Positions 13,492 through 27,828 of a stretch of 64,000 nt of DNA are shown one piece after another. The notes under the pieces were generated by a model. It was not told the DNA's origin. It saw nothing but the letters and a program-made list of their open reading frames with translations, and made no database searches. A program made the position numbers and the translations under genes. Origin of the DNA: Phoronis australis (Eukaryota > Animalia > Phoronida); contig NMRA01000023.1 of NCBI GenBank assembly GCA_002633005.1, positions 705,339-769,338 on the forward strand, read 5' to 3'. Numbering within the stretch: position 1 is the first letter of the stretch; each line of letters opens with the position of its first letter.

Positions 13492-13792
13492 CAGGGCCCT
13501 CGATTATCCGAAAGGAAAGGTGCCTGTGCTTTCTCAGAGGGGATTTTTTTATGTCGGGGGGAAAATTCTACCTCCCGATCACCATCAATAGCACCCCGCC
13601 ACCATTTTGCAAGCCCTCGTAGGCTCTGCCTCAAGTACTGTAGCCAAAAGTCACATTTTGCCCTCTTTCAAATTGTGACCTGTGTGAGTTACAAATGAGC
13701 CTCATGAGGGGAATTTCGCGTGATTTTTCAATATCTTTTGGAGGGGAATGGACTTGATATTCTGCTGCAAAATCAAGTGATTGAGGGCCCTG
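13492..13792. mobile_element. Putative MITE with CAGGGCCCTC terminal inverted repeats
   Basis: cagggccctcgat ... attgagggccctg; no clear TSD. Confidence 0.4.
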
Positions 13793-14149
13793 AAAAGGAT
13801 ATTGAGAGACCTGGGCCCGTTTGCATGTCGTCGGCAGCCGACAGAAAGCAAGGTACAGTGAATGTCAGTTTGGTACTTAATGAATTTTATATTCCCTTCC
13901 CTGCACGATTCAGCTTTATTTTGAATATGACCTTGGAATATTGATCATTTGTTTTTTCTTATACATTTTATGAAAAGGAGATATGCATAACATGAAAAAT
14001 ACAAAGTTCGGTCCCTGTTACTGTGTTTTTATCAATTGCGGGGTGGGGAAAAAAGAAAGTATTTGGCTAGTAATTTTTGAAAATGCTAAACGTTTTCAGA
14101 TGTTTTAGCCATTTTGGCTAATACCTTTAAATGTTTAACGCCAGGATTT

Positions 14150-15588
14150 CTTATCTGTGTAATGTTGAAATACATCTACACATGTTTTCTGTGCGTATCT
14201 TGAAAGCGTTGTCACTCATCTTGATAGGCCAATCATCGAAAAGACTGTCTTACAATTCGACTCAACTATCTAGTTTCACTTTCTGTGGTTGGGTTTGTGT
14301 TTCGTGCACTTTTTATTGTAATAACAGCATTGTGACAAAACGAGCTGTCACGTAGGAAATCAGTGCAGTCGAGAAAGCTAAACAAGTGAACTTTTTTATG
14401 TGGCATGTAAGTGTATTCCATTTGGCAAACATTCCATCCATTCCATTGGCATATGAATCATGATTCGTTACATTGAATATATGACGTAACTGTCAAATGC
14501 ACGTGATAGAGCAGAGACCAAGAATTTACACGCATCCTCCCCAACATCGGCACCTGTAGTATCGTTGCTCAAACTGGAAGGTTGAGCAGCCCATGTTGCG
14601 GCACTTGCTCTGACAGTCCGACCACGTGGAGGCATACCCAACTTTATATTTTTTCGGAATGTCTGAAAAATTGATAAATATTGCATTGTGTTATAGCAAA
14701 CAAAACAGATTGAAAGCTAGATATAACCTCCTGGTTACTTCCTGTCAATGCGTCGATCGTTCAGCGAATTGAATGACATGACCGGCATTGTTTATTATCA
14801 ATGTTGTCTACATGAAGGACTGTTGCCATTTTGGTCTTTTTATATGCGCCAGGTGCGAAGCGCTCCGAAGCTATAGTTTAGAGTGAAACAACAAAAGTAA
14901 AGCTAAAATACAAGGTCTGACAAATGAAAATACTAGATAGATATTACAGACAATCAATCCGCGTTTCGTCAAAAGTACTTTGCTTTTGTCCCTTTGCAGC
15001 TGTAAAGAAGATTTGCATGTTTTTACTATCTCAGGTAAGAAAATGTCTCCCAATTTGGAAAAAAATGTCTGTTCTTTATTGCCCAAGACCATGCTCGGCG
15101 CGTGAAATGACTGACCGAAATACACGTAACTTTGTGCATTAAGTGAAGACCAAGACAACTTTTGTTACACTTGTGTAGGTGATGGAAACGTCTGCTGATG
15201 TCAGTTGCTATGACCAAAGAAAACTGGCTGACGTTGCTTTGTCGCTAAAAATTTATTCACAAAAAATAGGGAACCCACTTAAATATTTTTCTGAGATAAC
15301 TCTTTTTAAAAACGTTCCAGAAAACTTGAAATTCATGATTTATCGTGTCCATTGTCTGATGGTGCTTTGTATTTTATAATAGCCTTTATTTACCATTGTA
15401 GCGTTTTGACTTACTTGATTGTATTATTTAATGATTGCCGTCAATAAGAAACATTCATCCTCAATTCTGTGATTAGGGGGGTTCAACTGGAATGAATAGT
15501 TGAGCACGGACATACTTACATCGTTCAACTCGTTCAGACATGCCCTCCGAAACTACAACAGAAATCGAAAACAACATTCAAACAACAA
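14150..15588. repeat. Diverged direct duplication, copy 2 (5'-truncated pseudogene-like copy)
   Basis: As above; retains the 33-nt exon but lacks the signal-peptide exons. Confidence 0.85.
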
Positions 15589-15589
15589 T

Positions 15590-15980
15590 TGGTCGGACTT
15601 CAAAACAACTTTTTAAAAGTTTTTTTTTTAATCCAACCATAGTTCAGTGGAATTCACTTTCTGTCAACCTGTCAGAAATTACAGATTTAAATGCTTTTAA
15701 ACGACAAATCAAACAATATCTGTTTAGCCTAATTGAAAGAAGTGATAGCTCCGATTTTATTAATTAATTAAGTTATTCATTTATTTATTTATCTGTTGAT
15801 TTATTTAATTGTCATCTATCTCGTCACTTCATCCGACAGCCTTTTCAACTCATTTTCACTCATACCTATGTTATTTTGCATCTCTCATTCCTCCTGCATT
15901 CACAATTTATTATATAATCGCAATATTTATTTTCATTAATTTCTTAGTTTGTGTATGGACCACCACGGAAATAAGTATTT
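15590..15980 (+). mobile_element. 3' fragment of CR1/L2-group LINE
   Basis: RTSKQLFKSFFFNPTIVQWNSL...DLNAFKRQIKQYL matches the SFF..TI..WN.L....FK ORF2 C-terminal pattern; followed by a T-rich UTR-like stretch. Right boundary approximate. Confidence 0.6.
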
Positions 15981-18900
15981 AATTTTTTCCGTCATCCCGC
16001 CACGTTGTATAAATGTCCCGCTTTTTTGACACGAGGCCAAATTGACATGTTATCACGTACTATTGTCATTTATCACGCACCCTATCCATATTTTCCCGCT
16101 CGGCACCCACAATTTCCCATTCAAATATAAAAAAACAACAGAACACGCTGTCGGGCATTTTTGGGTTTAACCTGTCCTATTAGAGAAAGTATGCCGCCGT
16201 TTTGTCTGTGTGTGCTGCAGCGAACATTTCACCCTTGCTGTTGATATTAGACACAGATGTTCCTCTTGCTATCCTGAAGTCCCGCTTTGCAATCCAGTTG
16301 TTCCGTTTTTCCGTTCTTGAATATTGATCGTGACAACTATGCAACAGGTGTTCAAAATAACACTGTCTCCTTTTATGAATATTGTTGTTTTCCACAGTGC
16401 ACTTTCTTTAGTAACGTAACTATTTTATAATGTGTTTCAAAGTCTCTTGTTTACGGTAATATACAATACATGTATCAGGGAAAATAATTTATTTATTTCT
16501 AAGCTTTCCTGGAAAGTTCTACACTGCAACCATTGTCATAAGCTATCCACAGCAAATTTCAAAGCTACGTTATAGATGTTTGTCCAATATTTATCTATTC
16601 TATCAGAAAACCTTTACCTACGAATTTCGGATAGATACTTGGAGTAATTTATCGCACTTTTCGTTAAAGTTCACTGTAGTCTGAATTTTTACTGAAGAAT
16701 GTAATTGTATCAAACGGCACTAAAAGTCCAATTGGTTATTATAGATAAAGATTATAATTTTGGATCATTGCTTGACTAAATTATCCTCATCAATTGTGAG
16801 GGGTCTATATTCTAAAACCTTTGTCTTCATACGGAAGAAATCTTTCCAAATAATTAAAATTACTTGATGGCTTAACTAGTTTTTTTATATTTTCTCTCTG
16901 GTTCATTGCCATTTGATGTTACCATTACACGCTGTTCTTTGTCGCATTTGGCAACATTCTTAATTTTTATAATTAAATATTTTTAACCAGTCAGATATGC
17001 GAAATGATAATTACTTCTGACTTAATTAACTATCTTTTGCTTCTGGTATAATAATCAAGAACTGACAAAGATCTTTCAAATGATAAGGCTCTTATGCCAT
17101 TCGGTTGAAAAACGGCAGAGTTGTGAAACGTTTTAATTACAGTATGTTTACACCCCGGAAGGAACGAATACAAACAACCCTATTGGATGTACAGCGCAAC
17201 CTCATATACGCTTCATATAATGATTATTTGCACAAATAATATCATAAATATGACATCTTCCTCGAAAATTGTTTCTTGCAGTGGATATCTCGTCTAGGTT
17301 TTGTCCAAATCTAGATACGCTGATTGAGATGAAGCAGGTTATGTCAAATTCTTGGTTATGGAACAGTCCTCAGTCTGTATCTAAATTAGATTTTAAACAG
17401 TGAGTTCTCGACAATTATCTCTGAGTGTCCAATCTTAATACTTACTAAGAACCATCACACAGATGAGAGCACAGGCTAGGACATAACGACGCATTGCTGA
17501 TGATTTCCGGTGCTAAAGAGAGAAGGACAATTGTATGTTACAGTACGTGTTGCCTTTACGAGGAAAACCGCCGAATCCTTTGCATGCAGTTGTTAGACAA
17601 TCGTTGTTTGCAGTGGCTAACACGTCTAAAAAGTTTTTATAATTTTTATGAACGTATAAATAAACATTAAGCTATTTGGAGTTATTTGTAAGTTGCCACA
17701 ACGCTGAGATCAAGACTATTCTAAAAATGTATTCCTTATTCTCCGTTCAAAGTTAACTGTTTCGCTGAATTTGTGGAACGTTTATCACAACTTAAAGGGG
17801 CGTTAAATTCATGCTTTCTGCCTCAAAGAAGATATGGTTTAGGACACTTGCCATTATGAAGGGTCTCATACTGCACCTTAGTCAATATAGGTATGATATC
17901 TGTGCTTAGAAAGAACTGATAGTTAAATATTTCTTCAAACCAATGTCATGGGCTTCATCTGAAGAAATGACGACTCTTCGGTGCTTCCTAATCCAGAGAT
18001 CACTTATAAAATAGGTAACAAAACTAAATAAGATCAATTTTGTAACGGTCAGTTAAATCAAAAATTTGTTGGAAGAAAGCAGGAATTTACGGTGCCTCTT
18101 TAAAGGGACCCTTCGTCGATACATAACTGTCAATGTCGAAATCATAACCGATTTTGAAATGTTCTATGAGTGAGCCGGCTTCTCGAGTCACACTGTGTAT
18201 ATTTCCGAATTCCCGATCTTAAGGACGACCAATCCCAATAGTCTTTGAATTGTTTTCTTGAGTCGCTGATGGTTTAGGAATTCTTTTTGGTATAGAAAAC
18301 GGAGTCCTATCACGGTAAGGAATATTACATGAATGTTAACCACAAAGAAAATGTAGTATGAAATAGTATGTTCGAGAAATACGACGTTGTGAAACAAACG
18401 CGTTGCAAATTAGAAACCCAGTATCTACGAGTACGAGTCTTACCTGCTTTTCCACTAAGTGTACTGTTTTTCTCTACTGTATGGTTGGGATTGTCCGCTC
18501 ACTTGTGTTTGTCTCTTATTTATACCTTTTCTTATCTTTAAATATGAAGAGTGCGATGTACACATTTACGCATGATTCTGCAGTGATCGCGTGTTTCTTC
18601 CCAGCACTTGTGTTTGCTGACAAAGAATTCGTTGAATTTCACGAGGAAGAGAGCGGCAATTGGTTGACGGCCCGGTAGACAGCTGTTGTTTCATTTATAT
18701 TCTCAGGACGATTCAAGAGGTAGCAGGGATTCAAAAATATCATAATACCATGTACATATACATATTTTTCATGGTGCTCATGATGCAACCAAGCTCAAAC
18801 CAATCTTTCGCTACCGTTGATCAAATTTAACGAAGTTTAAATTATGGCTTTCATCTACTTCGACTATAATATCTGATGAAATGCAATACCGGGAAAATGA

Positions 18901-19397
18901 ACGAATTCATTAGTTTTACAGCTGCGCCTGGGCGCATCGTGAGGTCTAATCTTCGGGTCAAACTGGCGAAATAAAATCTGACACAAAATTATTACTGTTT
19001 AGAACTATACTCCTCCTTGATTAAAATAAATTCTTTACCTATGCTAGAACAATTGCCGTTCTAAAGTTATCTACTGTTAATATTTTTAGCTACGAAACGC
19101 ATTGACTGGGAGTGCCATGATGTAGAGCGCCACCTATTGTCCATTTTTTGCCAAATTCAATTGACTAATCTTCATAAGGTTGCCGCCACTTCACAACACA
19201 TCACCGCTTTCGGCTTGCAGTATTTTATTACCAGCAAACCAAATTTATGAACAAAGTTTGCTTGCCGAAGTTTTCATCATCTGAAAGAGGTTGCAAAATT
19301 TAGTAATCCAGGCGCGTGCGCGTATCACGAGCGTACTGTTTGCATATCGATTACAGGCTTTTTCGTTACAAGTATTAAAGTAGTATAACGGGATTAA

Positions 19398-19692
19398 CAG
19401 TGACGGATTTGGGGGGGGGGGGCAAGGGGGCCATGCCCCCTTAAAATTCTCCCAGATACCATTTGGAAGTTCGGGATACGAATTGCTGACTAGCATACGC
19501 GCGCCCCCAGGGGCTCGGGGGCGAATGCACATCGCATAGGTCTTGAACAAACCCCGTTAACCTTTTTTTAGTAATAAGGTCCGCATACCCAACAATTCGA
19601 GACCCTGCATCCCTGGGCGCGCGCGTGTAGCGAAATTCTGGTTATTCCTGTTCCCTGGCCTCCACTAACTCAAAATCCTGGGTCCGCCCTTG
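19398..19692. mobile_element. MITE family A (CAG(T/G)GGCGGAT-type termini), copy 1
   Basis: cagtgacggattt ... ggtccgcccttg; shares the caagggggccatg(c/t)ccc...aaaattctc core with 35873-36027 and (inverted) 42258-42571. Confidence 0.65.
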
Positions 19693-20048
19693 GGCCCGGT
19701 CTCTAATCTTTGTACTCGCAAACTTAAGATAATTGGTTATCAGACTGTGCTCGAATACATTATAGTTTATGCATTGGAGTTTCTAGTTCAAGTTTGCCCT
19801 TGAAGACCCTTATATTCGTGCTACAAACTCGAGTAAAAACTCGAAATTTCGAGTTCAAACTCGAACTTATTGCTTTAATATTGGGTTTACAAACTGTGAA
19901 CTAAGGGCAATAAATTATCTACGTAAGTTATTGTGTACTCGAGCATAGAATAATAGACACTTATCTTGAGTTCGCCCAAAAGTAGAGTAGAAAATGCCAA
20001 ACCTAATTTCGAGTTCCATTTCGAGTAAAAACATTGGAGACCGGGCCC
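19692..20048. mobile_element. MITE with GGGCCCGGTCTC inverted termini (Harbinger-like)
   Basis: gggcccggtctctaat ... attggagaccgggccc; diverged relatives at ~32860-33120 and ~35410-35660. Confidence 0.6.
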
Positions 20049-21648
20049 TGGTTGTGTGTGGGTTGACTTCCGGATTTTCCCTGCTCCTCGTCTGGTCGTT
20101 AGCTCTGCACGTTGATAAATGTTTCATGACCAGATGGCGAGAATACATACTCGGGCTGTGAGCAATTTGGAGGTCTATCTTAAATTTCTACATGCCTAGT
20201 TGGTACAAATGGCTGCTTAGGAACTGTCTGGTCACCGGTATGGAGTTTGTGCGACCAGAGTGTTGGGTATGGAATTTTGACAGCATGTTTGATATTTGCT
20301 GGTCAGTTACTGAGGTTAAGATCAGCGAAGCAAGAATTTCTAGAAGCATGGCCATGGAATCCGGAGTTATGTCCAACTTTAGCAAGTGACGTAGTACGCC
20401 AGCGTGCTGAGATGAAATTTGTTCGACTGTAGGGTTGGTTTTAATGTTACGTACTTTTCCATACCCTGATTAGCCCAACTTGAACAAGTGACGTAGTACG
20501 GCAAGCCTACTGAGACTTCCTTGTTTTTGAGTACTGCTAGTTTCTCAGTTCCAATTCCAAGAAGCGGTGTGTCATATTCAGACGACAAATGTTATCATGG
20601 CCAAATATTCCCACGACTGACCTCTAATGAGCGCTTTCGCAAATACAGTCATTGACGTCACATCTAGCCTATCTGCATCCCGAATGTCTATCCAACTATA
20701 ACTTCCAAGTTACAAACGACGCCGGGTGCCTAATTATAGAAGGGGAGCATTTTGATCCATTTTCACAGCTCGCGTTATCTCTAAGCAGGTTAGAATTAAA
20801 GAGATTGTTGTTCGTCTGAAATCTTTTCTTTCCGGGAAACGAAACTTAAACGTTTCCTCAGTCTGGCACTACATAGTCTAAAGCAGATTTTGCGAAGCTA
20901 CGATATACACATGTACCTAAGGCCGAAAATATATTCCGTCATTGAGGCCATGTTTTGCTAATAAAATAACCAGCCATGTCGCTCAAGCTCCCGGAGCAAA
21001 ATGTAATTGTCTATTTCTGATGCACCATCTCAAACAATGACGAACCATTTGCTCTTTCCAGTTCAAAAATTAATTCTAGTGGATCAACTCGGATCAGTTT
21101 AAAAGGACAAAAATCCTGGTTTTGACCACGAATTAACATATATTAAAAGTGACGTTCCCATCTAGACCTCTCGAACAAAATAATACTTAGTAACCCTTGA
21201 CCACCCTCAAGTATTTCTAGCAAAATTTGAAAAATCCTTAAAAAATCTGCTAAATAGCGAAGCGCGACCAAAACTTTAGGGGATTTACACGACAACTGTA
21301 CCATAATATCCTATGAGTTATCAATTGAATCCTGCTTTTATCTCTTGAGTGGGCCGCCCATGCTGCGTTATTAGATGGCAGAAAGGGGTTGAAATCACCA
21401 GAACAGGCTTTAGTATCATTTTAATTACCGTGTGGGAATATGCGATTTTAATATAAAAATTTTGACGGAGCTAGGGTACAAATAGGACTTCAAGAACATT
21501 GAAAAGATAAAAATCTGGGCGTACGGCTTTTGATAAAACGTGGGAGGCTCCGGGTTCTGGCTTGTTATTTACTTGAAAATAGATCACAAGAAGAAATTTT
21601 GTGAGGACAATGACCCTCCGGATATCACTCAAACATGTCCAGTACGTG

Positions 21649-21881
21649 AGTATCGTGACGTGGTGTTGGGAAATAACACTACATGCATGACGCGGGCTAT
21701 GTGAGCCCCCAAGCTATGTCATTAGTGACGCCTATTAGTGTCACCTATTTGAATTTTTTTGCTTTAACATTTACAGTTTGTCAATCAATACAACTGCAAT
21801 TTGTTTAGCGTAGACGATGTTCAAATAGCATTGTTGTTTAGTTCCTGCTATGATCATAGTTAGGAGCATGCAAATACATCT
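21649..21881. repeat. Dispersed ~235-bp repeat (partner 33270-33500)
   Basis: gtatcgtga(c/t)gtggtgttggga ... agcatgcaaatacatct in the same orientation at both sites. Confidence 0.75.
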
Positions 21882-22148
21882 TTAAGTTTCAAGTCTGAGT
21901 TCGGAGATTAGACCTTCGCGAAAGAGTGCAAACGTTCTACACAATTCATTCGTCTGTTGTTTAAACGACAGCCAATCATGTTTTCGTTTTCTTGTGCAAC
22001 TGAAATCGTTGTGATTTCCACTGAGTGAGTTTATGCAAAGATAACTGTTTCTGATTAAACTTGACTACCTTCATGTGTGTCCGGTGATCCATGTTTGTGA
22101 ATCCGTGCACTGAGTTTATCGGAACCGCTAGTCGCATATATAGGCCAT

Positions 22149-24920
22149 AGTCCATTCGACTCTAGGAACCCTAGAAAATCTGTGGCTACTGTTTGGGGGC
22201 AAGAAAATTTTGGTATTTTTAGGTCATTAAGTACTATACTTTAAGAATCTAAAAAGTTCCCAAGGTTTGATTAGCACGTTTTCGAGAAATTTGATCTAAA
22301 AAATCTGACTTTTTGCAAAACTCGGCACAGAAAACCAATCTTCAAAAACCAACAACACTAAACAAAAACTGGATGATAATTTGATTGGGGTTTGTTCATT
22401 TGAAGTTACTGAACAAGAACAAAGATAAATATTATGACAATAGTAGGACAATTGCTAAAAAAGAGAAAATGAAAAATTTTAGCAGCGCCAACTGTTGGCC
22501 AGAAACATACTACTATATTAAGAACTCCTACTAAAAGAACAACACTGTTAATCATTGGAACTTGATAAAGATTTGATATGACAACCTAGAGATGAACAAC
22601 ATACATTTCCAAGCTTCTGCAATGAATTCACTCTCATCACTTTCAATAATTGTCATAACTAATTATCATTATCCACATTGCAGTTCACTGTCAACTGTCG
22701 ACAGGGAACGATACAACGTGCAATCTTGACAGCCACGAGCATGATAAAATGTTGTCAACATTTTCTATTAGGTTGCAAATTTAAAGTTATTCAACAACAT
22801 ATCACAAACTAATTATGTTTCTTCATCCACTCCATCATCATTTACATCATCATTATTGTCATCAAAAGTTGTTTCTTGAGACACCATGTTTACAAGACAG
22901 TCACTTATAACATGACATGCCTCACTTCAAACAAGAGCACATTTTTGTACTACAACCGCTCTTTTTACACTTGCAATTAATATTTTAATGACATTTTCTG
23001 GGGCTTAAGGCACAGTCATCCAGTGGAACTTCAGAATACCCTGCGCCAAAAGCCACCCATTACCAACTGGAGATGGTGCACTGACATGCTGTTGCAAAGC
23101 TCGTTTGTGAATGGCATACTGGTAGTTTGCTCTTTTGGCGCGTAACACCAAACAATCATAACAGAGATGATTCCATCACAGATTTCAACCTGAATATGCG
23201 GTAGCGTGCTTTGTCAACTGTTGATGACGAGTCGCCGCACAGCTTGCATACAAAAGGTTCAATGCCTTCCATGAGTTGACCAGGAAACACAAATGCTGAG
23301 CCCAAGTTCAATGGAAAAAAATTAAAGAATATCTGCAAACCTGCACCCTACCCGGAATCAAAAAAATTTGCCAACCTGAATACCATTTCATCTAAGCACT
23401 TCAACAATGTTACTGTAATCTTTTTTACTGAAACAGATAACCAAAATGCTCTTCACTTTAACACACAGTATGGCCAACAAGTGAAATATTGTCAATGTGT
23501 TCAGCATAAATAAGCATTAAGAGAAATGAGCATCATTACTAGCATTGATTGCATTGTACAGCTGCCTTCGAAGAATTTAAGACACAGAAGAATTTTTAGC
23601 ATCCTTAATACTGTAGTTCAGAATTTGAAAATAGAGGAATGGTCATTTTGGCAATGGTTCTTGTGTGCAATTGAAATGCGTCTTTTAACACTTCCTGTTT
23701 TAGACAGTACATGAAAAGAGTAAAAATTTTCCTGTTACAATAAATCTCAATTCAAGAATCTTCAAAATGTAAGAATCTGAAATTGAACAACATTTGGATT
23801 TTCAAGATAAGAAATTACAGAACGGGCAATATTTCCATCTATATATTTCTCAACTTCCAAACACTGGTCATATTTTTACATAAAAGGGTCTGAAAATAGG
23901 CGTTTAAGTTCGTAAAAAGCAGTGCTGATCACTCACATTTTCGTAAAAACTACTGCCAGTACCTTTGAGATTGGGACAGCTAATATTGCAAATTTATCAA
24001 GCAAAGAATTTTTTTCCTCTGGCCCAAACTAACGATTTTTACCATAAATGACAGTTTTTCAAATTAACAATAGGCAGGTTTATTTAAATTAAGTGAATGT
24101 TTGGAACTGGGATAGGTGTTCAAGTTTTCTTTTATTTTTGAAGTTTTCTGTAATGCACTTTGATTTTTGGCAAATGATGCATTGTGGTGGCAATACATAT
24201 AAATTTCTTTGAGCACTGTTAAATCAAACTGACAGTGACAATTTCCTTTCTCTGTAGTAGATTCAACATTGTTTTCTTAATCAGCTTGGTCTTTTTTAAT
24301 AGCTCTTTCAATTTTTGTTACATCCAAAAAGTGTCTGTAACAGTGCTTGTGATAGAAGAGCTCTGTTTTTCACAAAACCTCAAGAAAACTTCACAGCAAT
24401 GACAGCTTACTTGCATTCAATGTTGATCCATTTTTGCAGTAGCCTTAGACCACGTAATATCTGAAAATTCCAGGATCTCAGAATTTTGAGCAGAATTTGA
24501 GACAAGAATGCAAGAAAGGTCAGACATCTTGCCAGTCTATTGTGAAGTAGCACACTCATTCAAAAGTTCATGGTTTCAGCAGTGTCCCAACTGGCTCAAA
24601 ATCGCTAACATGCCAAGAATTGTATAAGTATGAGGACACTTTATTCGATTACGGATTGTGTATTAGTTATGGGGTAGGTACTTCTTGGATCCTTATAACA
24701 TCCTCTAACCATGTAATAAGGGCTAAAAACGTGTGCTTCTTGGACTTTAAAGTTTGAGAAAACTTATTGTGACTCTGGATAGGCGGCAAAAGCCAGTGAA
24801 ATCCAACAGAGTCTCCTACATGTATAAGTGACGAAAGTATTTTAATGTGAACTACATCCATGCTGCAGATAATAGGTCAGGCTGGGCACGCGTTTCTACA
24901 TGTACATAACAGAATGGACA
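22149..24920 (-). mobile_element. Decayed Academ (AcademX-like) DNA transposon with internal deletions
   Basis: ~23290-22880 minus: VDKARYRIF...LRAKRANYQYAIHKRAL...PSPVGNGW...HWM...AP...CKCKKSGCSTKMCSCLK (Cys-rich finger) with stops and frameshifts. TAGTC terminus at 22149; right boundary uncertain. Confidence 0.6.
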
Positions 24921-25173
24921 GACTGAATTTTACAAGTTCCGTGCTATAATATTCACGTCTGTGGAAGCCTCCCAACAATTATCACGAATAACCTTTTTGC
25001 AAGATATTAAATAACAGGTTATAGGCTTTCAGTGTACGCATGGGCAGACTAGCATGGTGTCCGTCACAGAGACTCAAGCGTGCTTTCGGAAAGCACATTC
25101 ATAGCGCACAGGAAAATCCAGGAGTAGTCTGTAAGCCTACCGCGTATTTGTCAATTTCAAGAAGGCATTTGAT

Positions 25174-25221
<48 letters not shown>

Positions 25222-25233
25222 NNNNNNNNNNNN

Positions 25234-25282
<49 letters not shown>

Positions 25283-25301
25283 GCGTGTGTGTGGGTGCGT
25301 G
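25174..25301. repeat. (CT)n / 12-N gap / (GT)n compound microsatellite
   Basis: Seen directly; N at 25222-25233. Confidence 0.95.
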
Positions 25302-26363
25302 TATTGAAAAATGGAAACTTAATGTCAACACGGTCAACACGAAACCTGTCCCGGAAAAACTGATGTCCAGTGTCTGGTTGCATGAAACAAACAGTAAAAA
25401 ATAAGGACTCACCTAACTTTTCTAAAATATCTGCATATTTATGGCCTTTTGAAAACACTGATTACCTTTCCTTATGCTGTTTGAGTATCATTACTAAGTC
25501 AGCTTTTGGCTTTGATACGATGCGAGTCACAACTCTACGTTGGATTCTAATTATTATACCTCGAATTTAAGGACTAAGTCCCGAATTATTTTGATTGAAT
25601 TACGGCTCATTTTCAGTTGCAATATTAGAAAATGTCATCAGTCAAATAGGAGCTCATAATAAAGATTATACGATAAAGAAAATACATCTGTGAGTAAATA
25701 ACAAAACAAGTACACAAAATATTTAGGGAATGTACATGTAGTTGAACCCCTGTTTGGCACTGTTTCATGCAACGGCCACAAAAACATTGAAAAGTAAGAA
25801 AAACGGCATCAGAGCGCTGTCGGTGTAGATGCAGGTTCATTGAGACTGGCTTGAATTACCGAGTGCAAAGCCTGTGATCACGCTGATTTCTTTGCGTCTA
25901 CGCAACGCACTCCTGATGTCCCTGTCCCTGTATCTGAGCTCTTGTGAAATTCTTTTGTGGCTTAGTGGTAGAAGCTATAGCAGCACCAACAGCAGCAGCA
26001 GAAGGAACAGCAGCAGCTGTAGTGGGTTTCATCTCCGATGAAATATAAGACAAATATTGAATACCTACGACGTAATTTTCGATTCGAAAATTTTGTAGCA
26101 TTTATCCAATTACATGTACGTAGAGAAGTCGGAATGTGTAGAGCGTTTTGCCGTATGCCGCCCAAAGAGCAGTATTGAGTAATGTTAAATTCAAATAAAG
26201 ACAGATGTGCGTTCTTTGCTTGCAAATTTCTATTTTGAAAACAAATATTAAAACCGGTTTAACCTGTCAGTTGATAATTGACATTTGTCAAAAATCAACC
26301 ATATAATCAAATGTCAACATATTCAAACGAGGAGCTAAATACGACAATGAATTGAAAGGTACG

Positions 26364-26369
26364 TTTATT
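26364..26369 (-). promoter_or_regulatory. Candidate polyadenylation signal for the REJ-GPS gene
   Basis: AATAAA on the minus strand about 1.46 kb past the stop; the first one I spotted downstream; position only. Confidence 0.3.
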
Positions 26370-27828
26370 TTAAACAGAATGTACAGATTAACTACATAGA
26401 AAACAATTAACACAAATATCACTGATGCATTATGTCTCACTCATAATGCAGCTTTTTGGCACATGCAGGGCAGATGCATGTAGCATTGGCGGACCTATGA
26501 GGTTGCGAGGGGGAGTTTAAGGAAGGAATGTTTATGACAACTGTACGCTGTTAACATTTTTCTTTTGTTTTTTGATCGAACCTGAAAATTCACCCATCTC
26601 TAGCATCCTCAAAAGAACGATAATATGACTAGAACAAGACTATTTGTGCAGCGAATCACAACAACGCGACTGATGCTACATACTTGCCCTTACACAGAGG
26701 AAAAGTTCAGTATTATTCTCTCTGGTATAAGAATTGACACACAAGTTAACATACATGACAATAATTGCTAACAATAAACACGCGTCGCCTCCCAATTTGA
26801 AAAAGAACGTTCCCATCAAGATCTGCTGCCTGATGTCTACATATCCTATTCAGAGATATGTAATAACATCACGTGGGTGAAAACTAAACAAGTAGCCAAT
26901 ACTCAAACAGAACTGAAACGCCATTGGAATATTTTCCCCAAATTTTCGAAATGGACACTAATCGGAAGACTAACGGGAAATACTTGTTTAGTGCGCTAGT
27001 ACTGACCAAATGAAACCCCGTTAGCATATTTGGGGAACCGCAAACGGTATTACTTCGAAATAGTTAGCCTCTATTTACCAACAACGCCTGCCATCCTGCA
27101 CCCGCAAATGCTGACCTAATGACGTCATATTATTAAGTGTGAACCAAATGTCAGCCAATAAACCAAGTGAATGCATTAGTTCGCAAGTTCACAAAAAAGC
27201 AAATGGCGGGGTGACAAGCGAATAGTAAAAAGTCAAATCTTCGAGAGAATGAGTTCGTTTGAAGGACTTGATATCCGAGCAGTTATACTTGCGATATTAT
27301 TTTAGACAAATGTCCCCGTGAGATCGTAATTTTGACGGTTGGATGTTAATATTTGCAATTCGAAAGACACTTAATTGTATATTTTAAGAATACGAATTCC
27401 AACCCTGTTTGAATGTGATAAAACTAAACAAATTATTAGAATCATCAGTAACTACCGTCCAAGTATATAAATTGATAAATAAGAGCTTTATAACATACAT
27501 GGAGAGCAAGTGCCAGAATTACATACATTGTAAGCACAGGTTTGAAATGTTTAAAAAAAGGTAGTACCGGGAGTGGCACATGAAAACATACAAAAACAGT
27601 CTAAATGGGAAAGTCTTAATACTACACATGACCAACGCAAAGGCAAACACGTGCTACTTAAAACAACAATAAGGAAGAACATATAACCATTAGATTATAA
27701 ACATCATACAGTTTGTTCTCTAGTAGAATAAGTGCACTGTATGTTGCAAATAGACGGAGTGTCGCTCACATTTGCGTTTGAAACGAAAAATAATCTCTTC
27801 CAAGCACTTAGTAACAACTATACGTTGT

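Noticed and set aside
16180-18100. Possible decayed transposon coding sequence (CSEHFT-like and SWIM-like fragments)
   Set aside because: Motifs are too short and scattered to assign by eye.
25040-25458. ORFs spanning the CT/GT microsatellite
   Set aside because: Dinucleotide-repeat and gap artefacts.
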